Positions 31,019 to 42,011 of a stretch of DNA of 64,000 nucleotides are shown here, piece by piece. Source of the DNA: Ostreococcus lucimarinus (lineage: Eukaryota); NCBI GenBank assembly GCA_000092065.1, contig CP000596.1. One strand, 5' to 3'. Under the pieces are notes generated by a model that was given only the letters and a program-made list of their open reading frames with translations, was not told the DNA's origin and made no database searches. Made by a program: the position numbers and the translations under genes. Position 1 is the stretch's first letter. Every line of letters starts with the position of its first letter.

Positions 31019-32485
31019 TTAAATGACCGGGCCTCCCGGCATGTGGAACTCATCGGCGAAGGCTTCAACCTCTGCTCTGAGCGCGGCGATGGCCGGGACG
31101 TCGTTTTCGTCCAAGTACGCCTTGAAGTCCTTCAACTTACCACCCTCCGTCTTCTTCTTGATATCGATCGCGATTTGGACGCCTTGGTCGATAAGATTGG
31201 CGACGCGAACGAAGTCAGCCTCCGTCATGCCGCGCGTCGTCATCGCAGGGCTTCCAATACGAATGCCACCAGGAATCAGCGCCGAGGTGTCGCCCGGAAC
31301 TGAGTTCTTATTGAGGGTGATGTGAGACAAGTCAAGGATCTTCTCCACGCGCGCACCATCCACGCCCTTCGGGCGCAAGTCGCACAAGATCAAGTGGTTG
31401 TCCGTGCCGCCGGAGACGAGCGTGTAGCCGAGTTCCATCAAGCGGTTGGCCATGGCGGCGCAGTTCTTGATGACTTGCTCTTGATACTTCACGAAGCCCG
31501 GAGTTTGAGCTTGCTTCAACGCCACGGCCAACGCGCCGATAGTGTGGTTGTGCGGACCACCTTGGAGACCAGGGAAAACCGCCGAGTTGATGGCTTGCTC
31601 GTACTCTTTCTTGTAAAAGATCATACCCCCACGCGGACCTCGAAGAGACTTGTGCGTGGTCGTGGTGACGATGTCAGCGTACTCGAACGGATCGTCCGCG
31701 AGTTTCGCGGCGACCAGACCAGAGATGTGCGCCATGTCAGCCATCAGGTACGCGCCGACATTGTCGCAAATCTCGCGCATGCGCTTGTAATCAAAATTAC
31801 GAGCGTACGCCGAGGCGCCGGCGATGATCATCTTCGGTCGGAACAACATCGCATTCTCCTCGAGCTTGTCGTAATCGACCAATCCAGTGGCTTCGTTCAA
31901 ACGGTACGGCATGGATTCAAAGTACACGGACGTGGCGGAGATCTTCTTCTTCGGCGTGTAAAACCCGTGCGTGAGGTGACCGCCGTGCGGCAAGTCCAAA
32001 CCCATGATGCGTTCATGCGGTTGCAACATCGCCGTGTACACGCAAAAGTTCGCCGGAGAACCAGAAAGCACTTGCACATTCACACCCCATTCCGCCGGGT
32101 TCAATCGATACGCGCTCAACGCACGGTTTTGGCACAAGCGCTCCGTCTCGTCGATGAACTCGTTCCCACCGTAATACCGCTGTCCCGGCAAGCCTTCCGA
32201 GTATTTGTTCGTCAAGCACGACCCATTGACCTCCATCACCGCCTTGGACGTAAAGTTTTCGCTCGCGATGAGCTCCAATCCAAGTCTTTGTCGCTTCTTT
32301 TCCTTCAACAGAATCGAGTACAGTTCCGCGTCCAGCGTCTCCACGCCTTCGTCCTCGAACGGCGCCGGCTTGGCGCTTCGCGTCATCCGCGCCGCTCGGT
32401 TTCGTCGCGTCTTCCCGGACGTTGTCGACGACGAAGACGTCCATCGCGCATTCGTCAGCGTCGTTCGAGGCGCGACGGCGTACAT
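31019..32485 (-). CDS. SHMT: Serine hydroxymethyltransferase with an N-terminal presequence.
   Basis: SHMT blocks [38 protein letters not shown] and [17 protein letters not shown] (PLP-Lys region). Confidence 0.9.
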   Translation of the reverse strand: MYAVAPRTTLTNARWTSSSSTTSGKTRRNRAARMTRSAKPAPFEDEGVETLDAELYSILLKEKKRQRLGLELIASENFTSKAVMEVNGSCLTNKYSEGLPGQRYYGGNEFIDETERLCQNRALSAYRLNPAEWGVNVQVLSGSPANFCVYTAMLQPHERIMGLDLPHGGHLTHGFYTPKKKISATSVYFESMPYRLNEATGLVDYDKLEENAMLFRPKMIIAGASAYARNFDYKRMREICDNVGAYLMADMAHISGLVAAKLADDPFEYADIVTTTTHKSLRGPRGGMIFYKKEYEQAINSAVFPGLQGGPHNHTIGALAVALKQAQTPGFVKYQEQVIKNCAAMANRLMELGYTLVSGGTDNHLILCDLRPKGVDGARVEKILDLSHITLNKNSVPGDTSALIPGGIRIGSPAMTTRGMTEADFVRVANLIDQGVQIAIDIKKKTEGGKLKDFKAYLDENDVPAIAALRAEVEAFADEFHMPGGPVI

Positions 32486-32831
32486 CTTGCGCTGAAGCGA
32501 GTGCGTTCAAGTCGCACGGCGGCGAATTTCAAATTCGAACTCGACGACGACGACGACGACTGCGCGGCGCGCGGGACGAAGCGAGCGCGCGGGACGACTC
32601 GAGCGCGTTTCGATCGGTTGGCGTCGTTCGCGTGCGTGCGCGCGAGGACGACTCAGCGACGTGGAACGCGCGAGGAAGTGCGGCGCGGCGGCACACTTGG
32701 GGTTTTTTGAATCACGCGACTATACTAGTCTAAGCGACGACGACACGATGTGAGCTAAGATCGCCACGAATGCTAACGGGGAGGGCGGGGATGGGCGTGT
32801 GATAAATGTGCGCGATTACGCGCGCACGACC

Positions 32832-35423
32832 TCACGCACGCATAGCTTTGAGCTGGTTGTAACGGATGAGAATGGCGTCGAGCGAGCGTCCCTCGCATGC
32901 GGCGCCGGGCTTGAGGAGACTTTCGAACGGTTCGTTGAAAGCAGCGCAGGCAATGAGGGCGTTATCCTGAACTTGGGTGAAAGGGTTGCGAACGACCGGA
33001 TCGTCCTCGCATTCCGAATCGGATAGGTCGTCGCGTTCCATGCCGAATCGCCGCCGCAACGGGACGTCGTCGGCGTCGGAATCCGATGCGGAGTCCGCGA
33101 TTTCTTCTCGCACGACGGTATTTTTACGTTTGCCGCGCGCAGTCGCGGCTGATTTAGGCCCGCGATTTACGGTCTGAGACGTTCGACCGGAGCTTGCGTT
33201 CTCGTGATCTCGCCAACGCTTGTGCACAGCAAACGGAACGCGGTCTTTCAAGCGCGAACACACAAAATCCCACAATTTTTTGTCATACTTGCCCAGATCT
33301 CTCGCGTTTGCGCTCTTCCATTCGACTTCGTTCAACGCTCGCTCGATGATATTGATCTCGTTTTCATCCAGCGCTCGCGTGGCGTGGTCGTACTCTCTCC
33401 GCACAGCGATTCCAATTTCCGTGTTCGCGTACATTTGCGCCTTTCGCAGTTGCAGCGCTCGCTCGCGTATGTTGGTTGGCTTGGCGTTCACGAGGAGCTG
33501 CGTCGCGATCGTGCGCCAGTCAGAACTGTAGCGGCGGATGCCCAATACTATCAACCACTCCTCGGCAGGAGTGAAGATGTCGTGTTTCGATCTCGCCTTC
33601 AACTTGTGCCGAACCAGCGGCGACAGCGGCGCAGCCCCGATGAGAAGGCTCGGATCAGGAGATATTTCCGGTAAGAACCGCTTCGTCAACTCGAAGACTT
33701 CGCGTGGCACCGGTTGCCACACGTAAAGATCACGTTCGAGTTCAGCTCGATTTCGCCCAAGCCTCACTGGTATAATGCGTTTCGTCACAGGATCTTTAAT
33801 GTGCTTGTCCGCTTCAAGTTTGTCGTACATGTCCATCACTTCAGTCCACGTCTTCGCGTGCGGTCTAAACAAATCATCCACTCGTACGTGTTGCTCTGAA
33901 TTCGGTGCGAAAGCTGCGTTTGATGTCGCGTCGTGGGTCATCTCAAACATTTGCACCGGATTTCTCCACAACCTCGGCGGCGGCGCGAAAGCGAGTCTGC
34001 TCATTGCGTGCACGAAATTGAACGCACATCGAAGAGGTGCGCAATCAAGAACAGTTTGCACGCCTCGCTTTTCCGTGCACACGTGCCAAGGCGCGTCATC
34101 GCCGCCGTATAGCGATTTAGCGTGCCTCTTTCTTTTCACGTCGCGCAGGCGCCTATCTTGCAACACTCCCGCGCGTTGCAAAATTGTGATGTTCACGAGT
34201 GTCGCGCTAGTCACTTCCACGAGATCTTCTCTCGTGGCACACACGCTATACGTTTGGAACAATAGTTGCGTGTGTTGGTGTATCTGTTTCGCGAGCGTCT
34301 TAAACTGCGCTGATGTCATCGACGACAATTTTTCGATCACCTTGTGATTTTTTTGAAGCAACTGTCGGCTCCTTTTTCGCTTCTCTCGCAGCGTTTTACC
34401 ATCGCCCGTGCGATCGCTTGGTTCGCTGATTCGGTCAGATCGTCGCACGATTGACGGTGGTGCGCTCGCATCGCCTCGTCTGATCGCATCTAAGCGTTCT
34501 CTACGCAGAATGTACTCGTATTCTGCAGCTCTGGGATTTTCGTCGGCGTAATCGTCGTCGTTCTCATCGTCTTCGTCCTCGTCTTCGTTCGCGTTCGTCC
34601 CGCGCCCCGAGGCTGATTGCTGGTGTAAATCGCCAAATTCAACACTCGCATCATTCAGTGTCGCCAGAAAACGATCGTACTCGGCCCCATCATCGAGCCA
34701 ATCGTACTCTGGCTCGGCGTCTGGCAACGCGAGCTCGAGCTCAGCCAACTCGCGCTCCTCTATCGTCCCCGTCTTCGCCCGCGTACGCCGCGCGATGGCG
34801 TTCAACAACATCTCCTCGTCGTCGTCGTCGTCGAAGAATCCATCGAACCCTAAATCTACTGCCGCCCCCGCCGCGCGCTTCGCCGGCGAGTTCCCCAACG
34901 ACGCCGCGCCCCTGGAATCGTCGTCGAAAACCGACGCAAACGCCGCGTTCGCCGCCCCTCCCCGTCGCCGTCTACCACCACCAGGCGCCCACTGCGCCGC
35001 GCGCGCGGCATCTGTGCCACTGAAACGCATCATCTGCATCGTGCCCATCCCCCTGCGCGGCGATCCCGCGTCAACCTCGCTCGCCGCTTCCACCACGGCG
35101 TCGAAGTCTTCGTCCTCCAGCGACACATCACTATCGCTCTCCGTGTCCTCTAAATACTCGCGCACCGGTCGCGCCAGCGCGCGCGCGTCGTCGTCGTCAT
35201 CGACTCCGTCGCTCTCGTCGCTCTCGTCGCCTAAAGACCCGTCCTCGCTCGCGCTCTCGTCGTTGAATTCCCAATCCAAACTCCCGAGCGCGGGACCGGG
35301 TCGGTAGTCTTCGTCGTCTAAATCGTCGTCGGAATCGATCGCCAGCGCGTCGAGGGTCGGATTGACGCGCGTCGTGTTCGTCGTCTTCGATTTCCCGCGC
35401 GGCGAGCGCGCGGGAGAGTCCAT
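32832..35423 (-). CDS. Large acidic nuclear protein with SANT/Myb-like domain(s). Function unknown.
   Basis: Myb/SANT-like tryptophan spacing in FTPAEEWLIVLGIRRYSSDWRTIATQLLVNAKPTNIRERALQL, with a second weaker unit. Long D/E-rich tracts. Start guessed at MDSPARSPRGK (35423). The ORF extends to 35525. Confidence 0.4.
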   Translation of the reverse strand: MDSPARSPRGKSKTTNTTRVNPTLDALAIDSDDDLDDEDYRPGPALGSLDWEFNDESASEDGSLGDESDESDGVDDDDDARALARPVREYLEDTESDSDVSLEDEDFDAVVEAASEVDAGSPRRGMGTMQMMRFSGTDAARAAQWAPGGGRRRRGGAANAAFASVFDDDSRGAASLGNSPAKRAAGAAVDLGFDGFFDDDDDEEMLLNAIARRTRAKTGTIEERELAELELALPDAEPEYDWLDDGAEYDRFLATLNDASVEFGDLHQQSASGRGTNANEDEDEDDENDDDYADENPRAAEYEYILRRERLDAIRRGDASAPPSIVRRSDRISEPSDRTGDGKTLREKRKRSRQLLQKNHKVIEKLSSMTSAQFKTLAKQIHQHTQLLFQTYSVCATREDLVEVTSATLVNITILQRAGVLQDRRLRDVKRKRHAKSLYGGDDAPWHVCTEKRGVQTVLDCAPLRCAFNFVHAMSRLAFAPPPRLWRNPVQMFEMTHDATSNAAFAPNSEQHVRVDDLFRPHAKTWTEVMDMYDKLEADKHIKDPVTKRIIPVRLGRNRAELERDLYVWQPVPREVFELTKRFLPEISPDPSLLIGAAPLSPLVRHKLKARSKHDIFTPAEEWLIVLGIRRYSSDWRTIATQLLVNAKPTNIRERALQLRKAQMYANTEIGIAVRREYDHATRALDENEINIIERALNEVEWKSANARDLGKYDKKLWDFVCSRLKDRVPFAVHKRWRDHENASSGRTSQTVNRGPKSAATARGKRKNTVVREEIADSASDSDADDVPLRRRFGMERDDLSDSECEDDPVVRNPFTQVQDNALIACAAFNEPFESLLKPGAACEGRSLDAILIRYNQLKAMRA

Positions 35424-35553
35424 CGCGACGACGAGTGCGGATGAGCGCGAGCGGCGAGCTGTCGCGTTTGAATTCGACTCAACAAGAGGCGCCGCGTCGA
35501 CGTGGGAATGATTGATGTGATACAACTACATACAGCGCAACGCGTACGAGGGA

Positions 35554-36336
35554 CTAAACTAATAGCACGCCGTTGACGCAACCGTCGTTCTCGGGGTTGT
35601 TCGTGATTTGTGCGTACTTCCCCCAGACGACTTTGCCTCCCGGCGTGACGAGACCGAGCTCGCTCACGTTGACCTCGATAATCGTCCCTTTGGTGAGCAC
35701 ACCCAAAGACGAATACATCGGGCCGTTCGGGTTCTTCTTGACGCCTAAAATTTCCAGCTGAAACGTCGCCTTGAGCTCGGGATGGGTGATGTGTGCCTTG
35801 GTGAAACGCAAACCGCTCGGTCGAATGAAGCGTTCGTACTTCGGCGGCTTTCTCGTGAATCCCGGACCGACGAACGTGGCCTTTGTGATCATGCGCTTCC
35901 ACGACTTTTTCATTCGTTTCCCGCTTCGCATGACTTTGAACATCTCGTCCTCCGCCACCGGTCGCACCTTGGGCAAAGGCACCTCCCACTTCCCCGCCTT
36001 TTCCTTTCGCTTTTGCTTCACCGTGTTCGACAGCACCTTCGCCCTGGACGTCTGCTCGCGATCCATCAAATACGCCGGTATCGCCCCCGGTTGCGCCTTT
36101 TCTTCCACCTTGTGCTTATTATTCCGTTCACTGTGCGAATTAATCGTCTTCTTCATCTCCACCTTCTCCTTGTGTCGCTTCTTCGCGTACAGCTTCGCCT
36201 TGAGTCCTATCAACTTCTTCGCCACCTGGCTCCGTTTATGCGGCTCGCGCGCCTCCTTCTTCCGCGTCCGCTCCTCATGATCCAATCGCTTCCCGTACCG
36301 TTTCTGGAACAGCTCGATGTGTTCATTCTGCGGCAT
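35554..36336 (-). CDS. NSA2: Ribosome biogenesis protein NSA2 (TINP1).
   Basis: Full-length, highly conserved NSA2: [31 protein letters not shown]...[24 protein letters not shown]...[63 protein letters not shown]. Confidence 0.92.
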   Translation of the reverse strand: MPQNEHIELFQKRYGKRLDHEERTRKKEAREPHKRSQVAKKLIGLKAKLYAKKRHKEKVEMKKTINSHSERNNKHKVEEKAQPGAIPAYLMDREQTSRAKVLSNTVKQKRKEKAGKWEVPLPKVRPVAEDEMFKVMRSGKRMKKSWKRMITKATFVGPGFTRKPPKYERFIRPSGLRFTKAHITHPELKATFQLEILGVKKNPNGPMYSSLGVLTKGTIIEVNVSELGLVTPGGKVVWGKYAQITNNPENDGCVNGVLLV

Positions 36337-36371
36337 CTCGCGTCGCGCTCGACGCGATTCGCGTCCTCGTT

Positions 36372-36412
36372 CCTCGTCGAATCAATCGAATCCAATCCAA
36401 TCAAATCCAATC
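36372..36412. repeat. Imperfect (A)ATC(C) microsatellite (gaatcaatcgaatccaatccaatcaaatccaatc).
   Basis: Read directly. It lies just upstream of the NSA2 start codon. Confidence 0.8.
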
Positions 36413-36693
36413 GACGCCGTCCCGTCGCCTCGCCGCCGCCGCCGAATCCCGTCCTCTTCACCGTCCGTCCTCGTCGTTCACGCGTCGCGTCGGTCGTTCG
36501 CGCGCCGGTCGCGCGCGCGTCGATCGCGGTCGACGCCTTCTCGCCGGACCCGCCCGCGTCTTCGCCCCGCGCGCCGTCGCGGTCGCGTCGTCGTCGTCGT
36601 CGTCGTCGCGTCGCGCACTGAAGGCGCGGCGACGGCGACGACGCCCGCGTCGTCGATGTCGTGTGGGTAAACAGTGCGAGATCGGCGGTCGGT

Positions 36694-36870
36694 CGCGAGG
36701 GCGTCGGCGCGGCCCCGATGTCGCCTCGCGAGGGCGTCGGCGTGTAAACCCTCGTTCTTTTTGTTCCTTCACTTCGTATCTTTTATTATACACAGTGTAC
36801 CTGAAACTTTCTACTCGGCGCGGCCCCGATTTCGCCTCGCGAGGGCGTCGGCGCGGCCCCGATCGACGCG
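36694..36870. repeat. GC-rich 33-bp tandem repeat (about 3.5 units of CGCGAGGGCGTCGGCGCGGCCCCGATNTCGCCT). A 64-bp AT-rich island (36743..36806) containing TATTATA interrupts one unit.
   Basis: Read directly. The AT-rich insert splits a repeat unit precisely between CGCGAGGGCGTCGGCG and CGCGGCCCCGAT. Confidence 0.85.
36743..36806. promoter_or_regulatory. AT-rich island with a TATA-like element (ttttattatacacag) in the NSA2 / RER-like divergent intergenic region. Candidate core promoter, or an insertion footprint.
   Basis: It is the only AT-rich stretch in a ~700-bp GC-rich divergent intergenic region. TATTATA at about 36783. The orientation is ambiguous. Confidence 0.3.
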
Positions 36871-37101
36871 CGACGATCGACGCCCGACGACGACGACGGC
36901 GCATCGCGACGCGCGCGCGCGCGAGCGCTCGAGACCGTCGAAAGGCGCGGCGACCGATCGCGTCCCGACCGAGGGCGACGCGCGAGACGCGCGCGCGACT
37001 GCACGCGACCGCGACCGCGATCGCGCCGAGTCCGAGGACCGACGCGTTGACGCGCGCGCGAGGAGCGCGCGAGGGCGAGGAGGGCGCGCGCGCGAGGCGC
37101 G

Positions 37102-38460
37102 ATGGAGCGAGCGATGACGCGCGCGACGGCGAGCGGGCGCGCGACGGCGTCGCGAACGATGATGGATCGCGGGACGCGCGGGACGCGAACGCGAACGCGA
37201 ACGCGAACGCGAACGCGAGCGACGCTCGGAGGGACGCGCGGACGCGAACGGGGACGGGCGATGGGCGTCGAGCGAGGATACGAGCGCGAGTGGGGATGGA
37301 CGCGGGTCGTCGAGCGCGCGAGCGAAAGAGGGAGGAGGACGACGCGAACGGCGCGAGCCGCCGCGCTCGGGGACGACGGCGGGTCGAGCGGCGCGGGATC
37401 GAGCGGGAACGGCGGGAAAGGCGGTGATGGCGACGGCGGAGGCGAGGATGGGGGGGAGAACGATGATGACGACGACGACGACGACGTCGTCGCGCGCGAT
37501 CTCGATCAGCGGAGCAGCGCGGAGGAGGTGAAGTCGACGTGCGAGCGAAACGGGTTGGAAGTGCCGCGGGATTTGCTGGACGCGGACGGGGGGACGATGC
37601 GGTCGGACACGCTCAATTTGTACGTCAAGTACTCCAAGGTTAGTGTTTTAGCGTTCTTGATGAACACGTTTCCCGCGGTGCGGGATCGCATGTTGGCTGA
37701 TCCTCGGTTCGCGTTTAAGCTCTTCGTGGAAACCGGGGCGGACGCGGCGATGAATACGGCGATGGAGATTAAACAGCGGGGCGAAACGTTTTGGGATGAG
37801 TTTGAGTTCTTCGCGTGCGATCAAATCGCCGCGTTCGCGGTGAACACGGCGATTTTGACGATTTGTTCGCCCGCCATCGTGCTCGGGAACACCACTCGAT
37901 CGATGCGCAAGCTCGGCGAGCTGAGCGCCAAAGCCAACGGCGCGACCAAGTTGTGGTACCAGACTCGCAAATACATCGGCAAGCTGCCGCCGAACGTGTT
38001 CATGCTCGATCCCAAGCTCGGGTTGATGGCGAAACTCGCGCGCGGTGGCGCCACAATCGTCGCGAGGGGGGGACAGATCTTCTTCGTATCCACCCTGTGC
38101 GGCACCGTCGGTCAGGCGACGGCGAACAGTTTGATGATGTTGCGCCGAGCCGCGGGCAAGGACAAGTACAGCAAGGCGTACGCCGAGTCCATCGACGATT
38201 CCGTGGACCCGCCCGTGTTGGACACGGGCTTGCTCTGGGGACGCTTCATGTGCTTTTCGGCCAACATTCGTCAGCAGCTCGTCATCGGCGGCGAACGCGC
38301 GGTGGAGCAATTCGCGCGCGGAAATCGCCGCCTGACGAACGGCGCCACGATCGCGTTTCGAGTGTTCAACAACATCAAGAGTGGGAGTGATTTCAACGAT
38401 TTCGTCATAGGGCAGGCGATCGCTGAGGCGGCGCGTAGAAACGGAGGCATACCGAGCTAA
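37102..38460 (+). CDS. RER: RETICULATA-related (RER, DUF3411) chloroplast envelope protein.
   Basis: Strong matches to Arabidopsis RER-family blocks. RMLADPRFAFKLFVE matches MLADPSFLFKVGTE. KQRGETFWDEFEFFACD matches VQKRGEDFWSEFELYAAD. LWGRFMCFSANIRQQLVIGGERAVEQ matches ALWGVFLGLSSNARYQIINGLERVVE. The N-terminus has a (GCGAAC)n-encoded TRTRTR tract and a poly-Asp tract. Confidence 0.8.
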   Translation: MERAMTRATASGRATASRTMMDRGTRGTRTRTRTRTRTRATLGGTRGRERGRAMGVERGYEREWGWTRVVERASERGRRTTRTARAAALGDDGGSSGAGSSGNGGKGGDGDGGGEDGGENDDDDDDDDVVARDLDQRSSAEEVKSTCERNGLEVPRDLLDADGGTMRSDTLNLYVKYSKVSVLAFLMNTFPAVRDRMLADPRFAFKLFVETGADAAMNTAMEIKQRGETFWDEFEFFACDQIAAFAVNTAILTICSPAIVLGNTTRSMRKLGELSAKANGATKLWYQTRKYIGKLPPNVFMLDPKLGLMAKLARGGATIVARGGQIFFVSTLCGTVGQATANSLMMLRRAAGKDKYSKAYAESIDDSVDPPVLDTGLLWGRFMCFSANIRQQLVIGGERAVEQFARGNRRLTNGATIAFRVFNNIKSGSDFNDFVIGQAIAEAARRNGGIPS

Positions 38461-38513
38461 TATTATTTTTAGGACGCCGTTGTAACATCGATATTGATTG
38501 ATATCGCGCTTCT

Positions 38514-39641
38514 TCACGAGTCGGCCTCCAAGGGCGCCGGCGCGGGCAAAGTTCCTTCGCGATCGATGAATGGACGAATCTTCGGCGGCGCTCGCGCGGG
38601 CTTGGGCAAGCCGCGCGGAAATTTCTCCGGCTGCAACAACGCGCGCAACCCGAGGCGATTGTAATGCACTCGCGTCACGCTCCCGCCCGCGCGTTCGATG
38701 ATTTCCTTCGCCTTGGCGCTCGCGCGCGACACCTCCAATCGCACCTTTATGAACGCATCATCCGCGCCCTCGGCGTCGTCTCCGAGCGCGCCCGCTAAAA
38801 TTTTCACCCCATGCTTAATTTTCCTGTTCGACAACCCCGCGTCGACGAAATCCTTCATCGTCAACACGCGCGGATTTTCGTAGTCGTACTCCCCGAATCG
38901 TCCCGCCTCGACGTGCGCTCGCAGCGCGTTCAAATTCACCACATCAAACGTCATCGCGTGCGGATTATGCGCGCCGCGTTTCGGCAGCGTCAATCGCAGC
39001 GGCGTTTGTCCGCCCTCAAACCCGAGCCTCGGCCCCCCTCCGCTTCGCGCCTTCTGTCCCTTGTGCCCTCGCCCGCTCGTCTTCCCCTTCCCGCTCCCGA
39101 CGCCTCGCCCCACGCGTTTACGATTTTTCCTCGCCCCGTCCACGTCTCGCAGCGCGTTCAGCGCCAGCACGCCCCCGGTGTCGTGTTCGATCACAGTTCC
39201 CGGTCCCCGGACGACGCCCACGTCCGCGGCGTCGTAGAAATCAAATCCTCGCGTCTCGTCGTCCCGCGGCGGCGCCGCGCCGCCCTCGGCGAACCCTCGC
39301 GCGCGCGTCGGCGTCGTCGCCGCGCGCGTCGATCGCGCGCCGCGGTCGCGCGAACCATCGCGCGAATACCGCGTCGCCGTCGTCGCGTTCGACGACGCCG
39401 CGCGGTGCGTCGCGCGGTGCGTCGCGTCGTCGACGCGCGCCGTCGTCGTCGTCGTCGTCGTCGTCGTCTCGCGCGCGATCGACGCGCGCGCGACGCGCGA
39501 CGCCGCGAGCGCGCGTCGCGTCGTCGCGCGAAGCATCGTCGTCGAGCGCGACGCGCGCGCCGTTCGTCGCGCGTCGCCCGGCGCGCGTCGTCGAGTGGCG
39601 CCGACGTCGCGGCGCGTCACATCGCGGCGTCGCGGCGTCAT
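38514..39641 (-). CDS. RPL15: Organellar ribosomal protein uL15 (bacterial-type L15) with a long N-terminal extension.
   Basis: Conserved uL15 core [52 protein letters not shown]. The N-terminal extension has a (ACG)n-encoded poly-Thr run. The true start may be [10 protein letters not shown] (about 39536). Confidence 0.8.
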   Translation of the reverse strand: MTPRRRDVTRRDVGATRRRAPGDARRTARASRSTTMLRATTRRALAASRVARASIARETTTTTTTTTARVDDATHRATHRAASSNATTATRYSRDGSRDRGARSTRAATTPTRARGFAEGGAAPPRDDETRGFDFYDAADVGVVRGPGTVIEHDTGGVLALNALRDVDGARKNRKRVGRGVGSGKGKTSGRGHKGQKARSGGGPRLGFEGGQTPLRLTLPKRGAHNPHAMTFDVVNLNALRAHVEAGRFGEYDYENPRVLTMKDFVDAGLSNRKIKHGVKILAGALGDDAEGADDAFIKVRLEVSRASAKAKEIIERAGGSVTRVHYNRLGLRALLQPEKFPRGLPKPARAPPKIRPFIDREGTLPAPAPLEADS

Positions 39642-40935
39642 GGCGACGGCGCCGCGCGCGCGTCTCGCCGCGCGCGTCGATCGCGCGACGACGCGTCGCG
39701 CGGTGACGCCGCGACGTCGGCGACGCGCGCCGCGGCGTCGCGCGCGCGCGCTCGCGCCCGCGGCGTCGGCGTTCGCCGTGCCGTTCGCCGTGCTCGCGGC
39801 GGCGTCGCTCGGACGCGTCGTCGCGTCGCGAACGCGCGTCGGACGCGCGGCGACCGCGCCCGTGTGCGCGATGGCGTTCGGCGCCGCGTTCGCCGCGATC
39901 GGCGCGCTGCCGAGCGACGGCGCGCGCGGCGTCGCGGAGGCGCAAAAGATGTGCGCGTTCGCCGCGACGCCGATGACGCTCCTGCGAGCGAACGCGCGCG
40001 CGGGAGGGACGAGAAGAAGGACGCGCGCGATGGCGCGAGCGTTCGTCGTCGCGGCGATCGGGAGCGCTTTCGGCGCGGTGTTCGGGGCGCGCGGCGCGAG
40101 CGCGGCGTTCGGGGGGGCGTTTAGTTGGAAACTCGCCGCGGCGCTGGCGGCGAAAAACGTCGGCGGTGGATTGAATTACGTCGCCGTGGCGACGACGCTG
40201 GGGATGGATGGCGAAGAATTCGTCGCGGGACTGTGCGTCGATAACGCGATGGCGCTGGCGTACTTTCCGTTCATTTCGTGGTTGGCGCGACGCGAGGGCG
40301 AGCGAGGAAGCGGCGACGCGGCGGACGACGAGGACGACGCCGAGCGCGAGCGCGAGGCGACGACGGAGCGCGAGGCCGAGGACGCGGACGGCGCGGCGGC
40401 GCGCTCGGGCGCGGACGACGCGTTGTCGGCGTTCTTCGTCGCCGTCGGCTTCCTCGCCGCGGGCGAGCTCGTCGCTCGCCTCGTGGGCCAACCCGACGCC
40501 GTGCTCCCGATGGCGACGGTTTTCACCGTCGTTTTCGCGACTTTGGCGCCGAAACGCGCGGCGTCGCTCGCCGTCGCCGCGGAACCGCTCGCGAACGCGA
40601 TGCTCTTCGTGTTCTTCGTCGCCGCCGGCGCCGCGGGCGGCGTTTTGAGCGCTTCCACGTTTGCGCGATACGCCAACGTCTTCGTCTTCTCATTCATCCT
40701 GTACGCCGTCCATCTCGCCTTTGTATTCGTCGGCATTCGCGTCGACGCCGATCGCCGTCGCGAGTACGTCCTCGCGAGCAACGCCAGCATCGGCGGTCCC
40801 GCCACCGTGGCTTCGCTCGCCGACGCCGTCGGTTGGCGTTCGTTACGCGCGCCGGCAGTTTTAATCGCCACGCTCGCGAATTCCATCGCGACATTTCTAG
40901 GCTTAGCGCTCGCCGCAGTCCTTCGTAGTTCGTAG
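39595..40935 (+). CDS. DUF819-family multi-pass membrane protein (plastid envelope type). Start probably MATAPRAR (about 39640).
   Basis: Hydrophobic multi-helix protein with DUF819-like blocks ([40 protein letters not shown]; [19 protein letters not shown]). R/A-rich presequence. Confidence 0.65.
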   Translation: MAPTSRRVTSRRRGVMATAPRARLAARVDRATTRRAVTPRRRRRAPRRRARALAPAASAFAVPFAVLAAASLGRVVASRTRVGRAATAPVCAMAFGAAFAAIGALPSDGARGVAEAQKMCAFAATPMTLLRANARAGGTRRRTRAMARAFVVAAIGSAFGAVFGARGASAAFGGAFSWKLAAALAAKNVGGGLNYVAVATTLGMDGEEFVAGLCVDNAMALAYFPFISWLARREGERGSGDAADDEDDAEREREATTEREAEDADGAAARSGADDALSAFFVAVGFLAAGELVARLVGQPDAVLPMATVFTVVFATLAPKRAASLAVAAEPLANAMLFVFFVAAGAAGGVLSASTFARYANVFVFSFILYAVHLAFVFVGIRVDADRRREYVLASNASIGGPATVASLADAVGWRSLRAPAVLIATLANSIATFLGLALAAVLRSS

Positions 40936-41120
40936 TCCGTAGTCGCCGTAGTCCTTTTTTCCCGCAATATCCACAAATTCCACAGGTGCGGGCACAATTT
41001 TCTCCGTCTCAGAAATGTTTGCGAGGACGTCCAGTCACCACCGCCACGCCCCGCCATCGTCACTCGGCGTCGCGCGCCATGGACTCTCCCGCGCGCGCGA
41101 ACGCGTACGGGAACACCGGG

Positions 41121-41547
41121 ATGGAGACCGAAGTGAGACAGTTAAAGGTACGGCGCGAACGCGACGCGACGCGACGCGACGCGACGCGACACGACGACGA
41201 CGATCGCGACGAAGACGTCGAAATCAAAATCGAAATCAAATCGCGCACTGACGCCGAAACATCGCCGACTCGCGTCCGCGCAGGATCATCAACAAACGCG
41301 CGAAGAGTTGCTCAATCGCGTGCACGCGCTGAAGACAGAACTTCAGGATTGGCGGTATAAGATGGATAATCAGGTGAAGAATTACAAGGGCGAGTTGGCG
41401 AGTCTCAAGGAGACGTTGTCGAGCGAAGTGCAAGCGCTGAGGAAAGAATTAGAAGAGACGAGCGATCGGTTGAAGCGGTCGATCGTGAGCACAAGTAGCG
41501 TGAGTACCGGACATTCACCGGGATTGCATCGATTACCGCCGCCGTGA
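41121..41547 (+). CDS. Small coiled-coil protein, two exons: join(41121..41147,41284..41547). Function unknown.
   Basis: Exon 1 METEVRQLK ends at a GTACGG donor. The 136-nt intron has a CTGACG branch about 33 nt before CGCGCAG. Exon 2 continues the frame: DHQQTREELLNRVHALKTELQDWRYKMDNQVKNYKGELASLKETL... Third-position GC is lower than in neighbouring genes, so confidence is moderate. Confidence 0.45.
41148..41283 (+). other. Inferred spliceosomal intron (136 nt) of the small coiled-coil gene.
   Basis: GTACGG donor, CTGACG branch, CAG acceptor. The splice joins two ORF fragments that lie in different frames. Confidence 0.45.
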
Positions 41548-41673
41548 GCGCGCGGCGCCGGCGGAGCGCAAGTCGCGCGTTTGTATTATCATCGACAGAT
41601 GTGTTAGTTTTCGGAGAGTTGAAGTTTTTTTTGGCCGAGTCAACGCGAGGATGGAACGGCAGAGGGCGACGCG

Positions 41674-41988
41674 ATGGCGGTGGCGCAACGAGTGTCGGTG
41701 GACGAAGCGCTGAAACGCGTCGTGTCGCACGCAGATGTGGTCGGCGCGGGTATCATGACGTCGCGCGGCGCGCTCGTCGAGCGGCGCGGCGCCTTCTCCG
41801 ACGCGGACGCGCGCACGAGTTGCCGCCTAGTCGCAGTCGCGTCGCACGCGATCATCTCAGGAAGCGGTGGCGGTATCGATGATAATGACGATGGGATCGA
41901 GATGGTTCGCGCGCGGCGAGGCGCGTGCGAGCTCGTCGTCGCGAGGTGCGGCGGCGTCGTCATCGCCGCGCGAGCGGCGTCCACGTGA
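41674..41988 (+). CDS. Roadblock/LC7 (Robl) domain protein (dynein light chain roadblock / LAMTOR2-like).
   Basis: About 100 aa with the Robl_LC7 pattern: N-terminal MAVAQRVSVDEALKRVVSHADVVGAGIMTSRG and C-terminal IEMVRARRGACELVVARCGGVVIAA. The latter matches the roadblock motif [27 protein letters not shown]. Confidence 0.55.
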   Translation: MAVAQRVSVDEALKRVVSHADVVGAGIMTSRGALVERRGAFSDADARTSCRLVAVASHAIISGSGGGIDDNDDGIEMVRARRGACELVVARCGGVVIAARAAST

Positions 41989-42011
41989 CATCACAACGCG
42001 ACTCGCTCCAC

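Noticed and set aside
36743-36752. Single AAACCCT (telomere-complement) heptamer inside the AT-rich island. Possible interstitial telomeric sequence.
   Set aside because: There is only one unit, which is compatible with chance. No tandem array.
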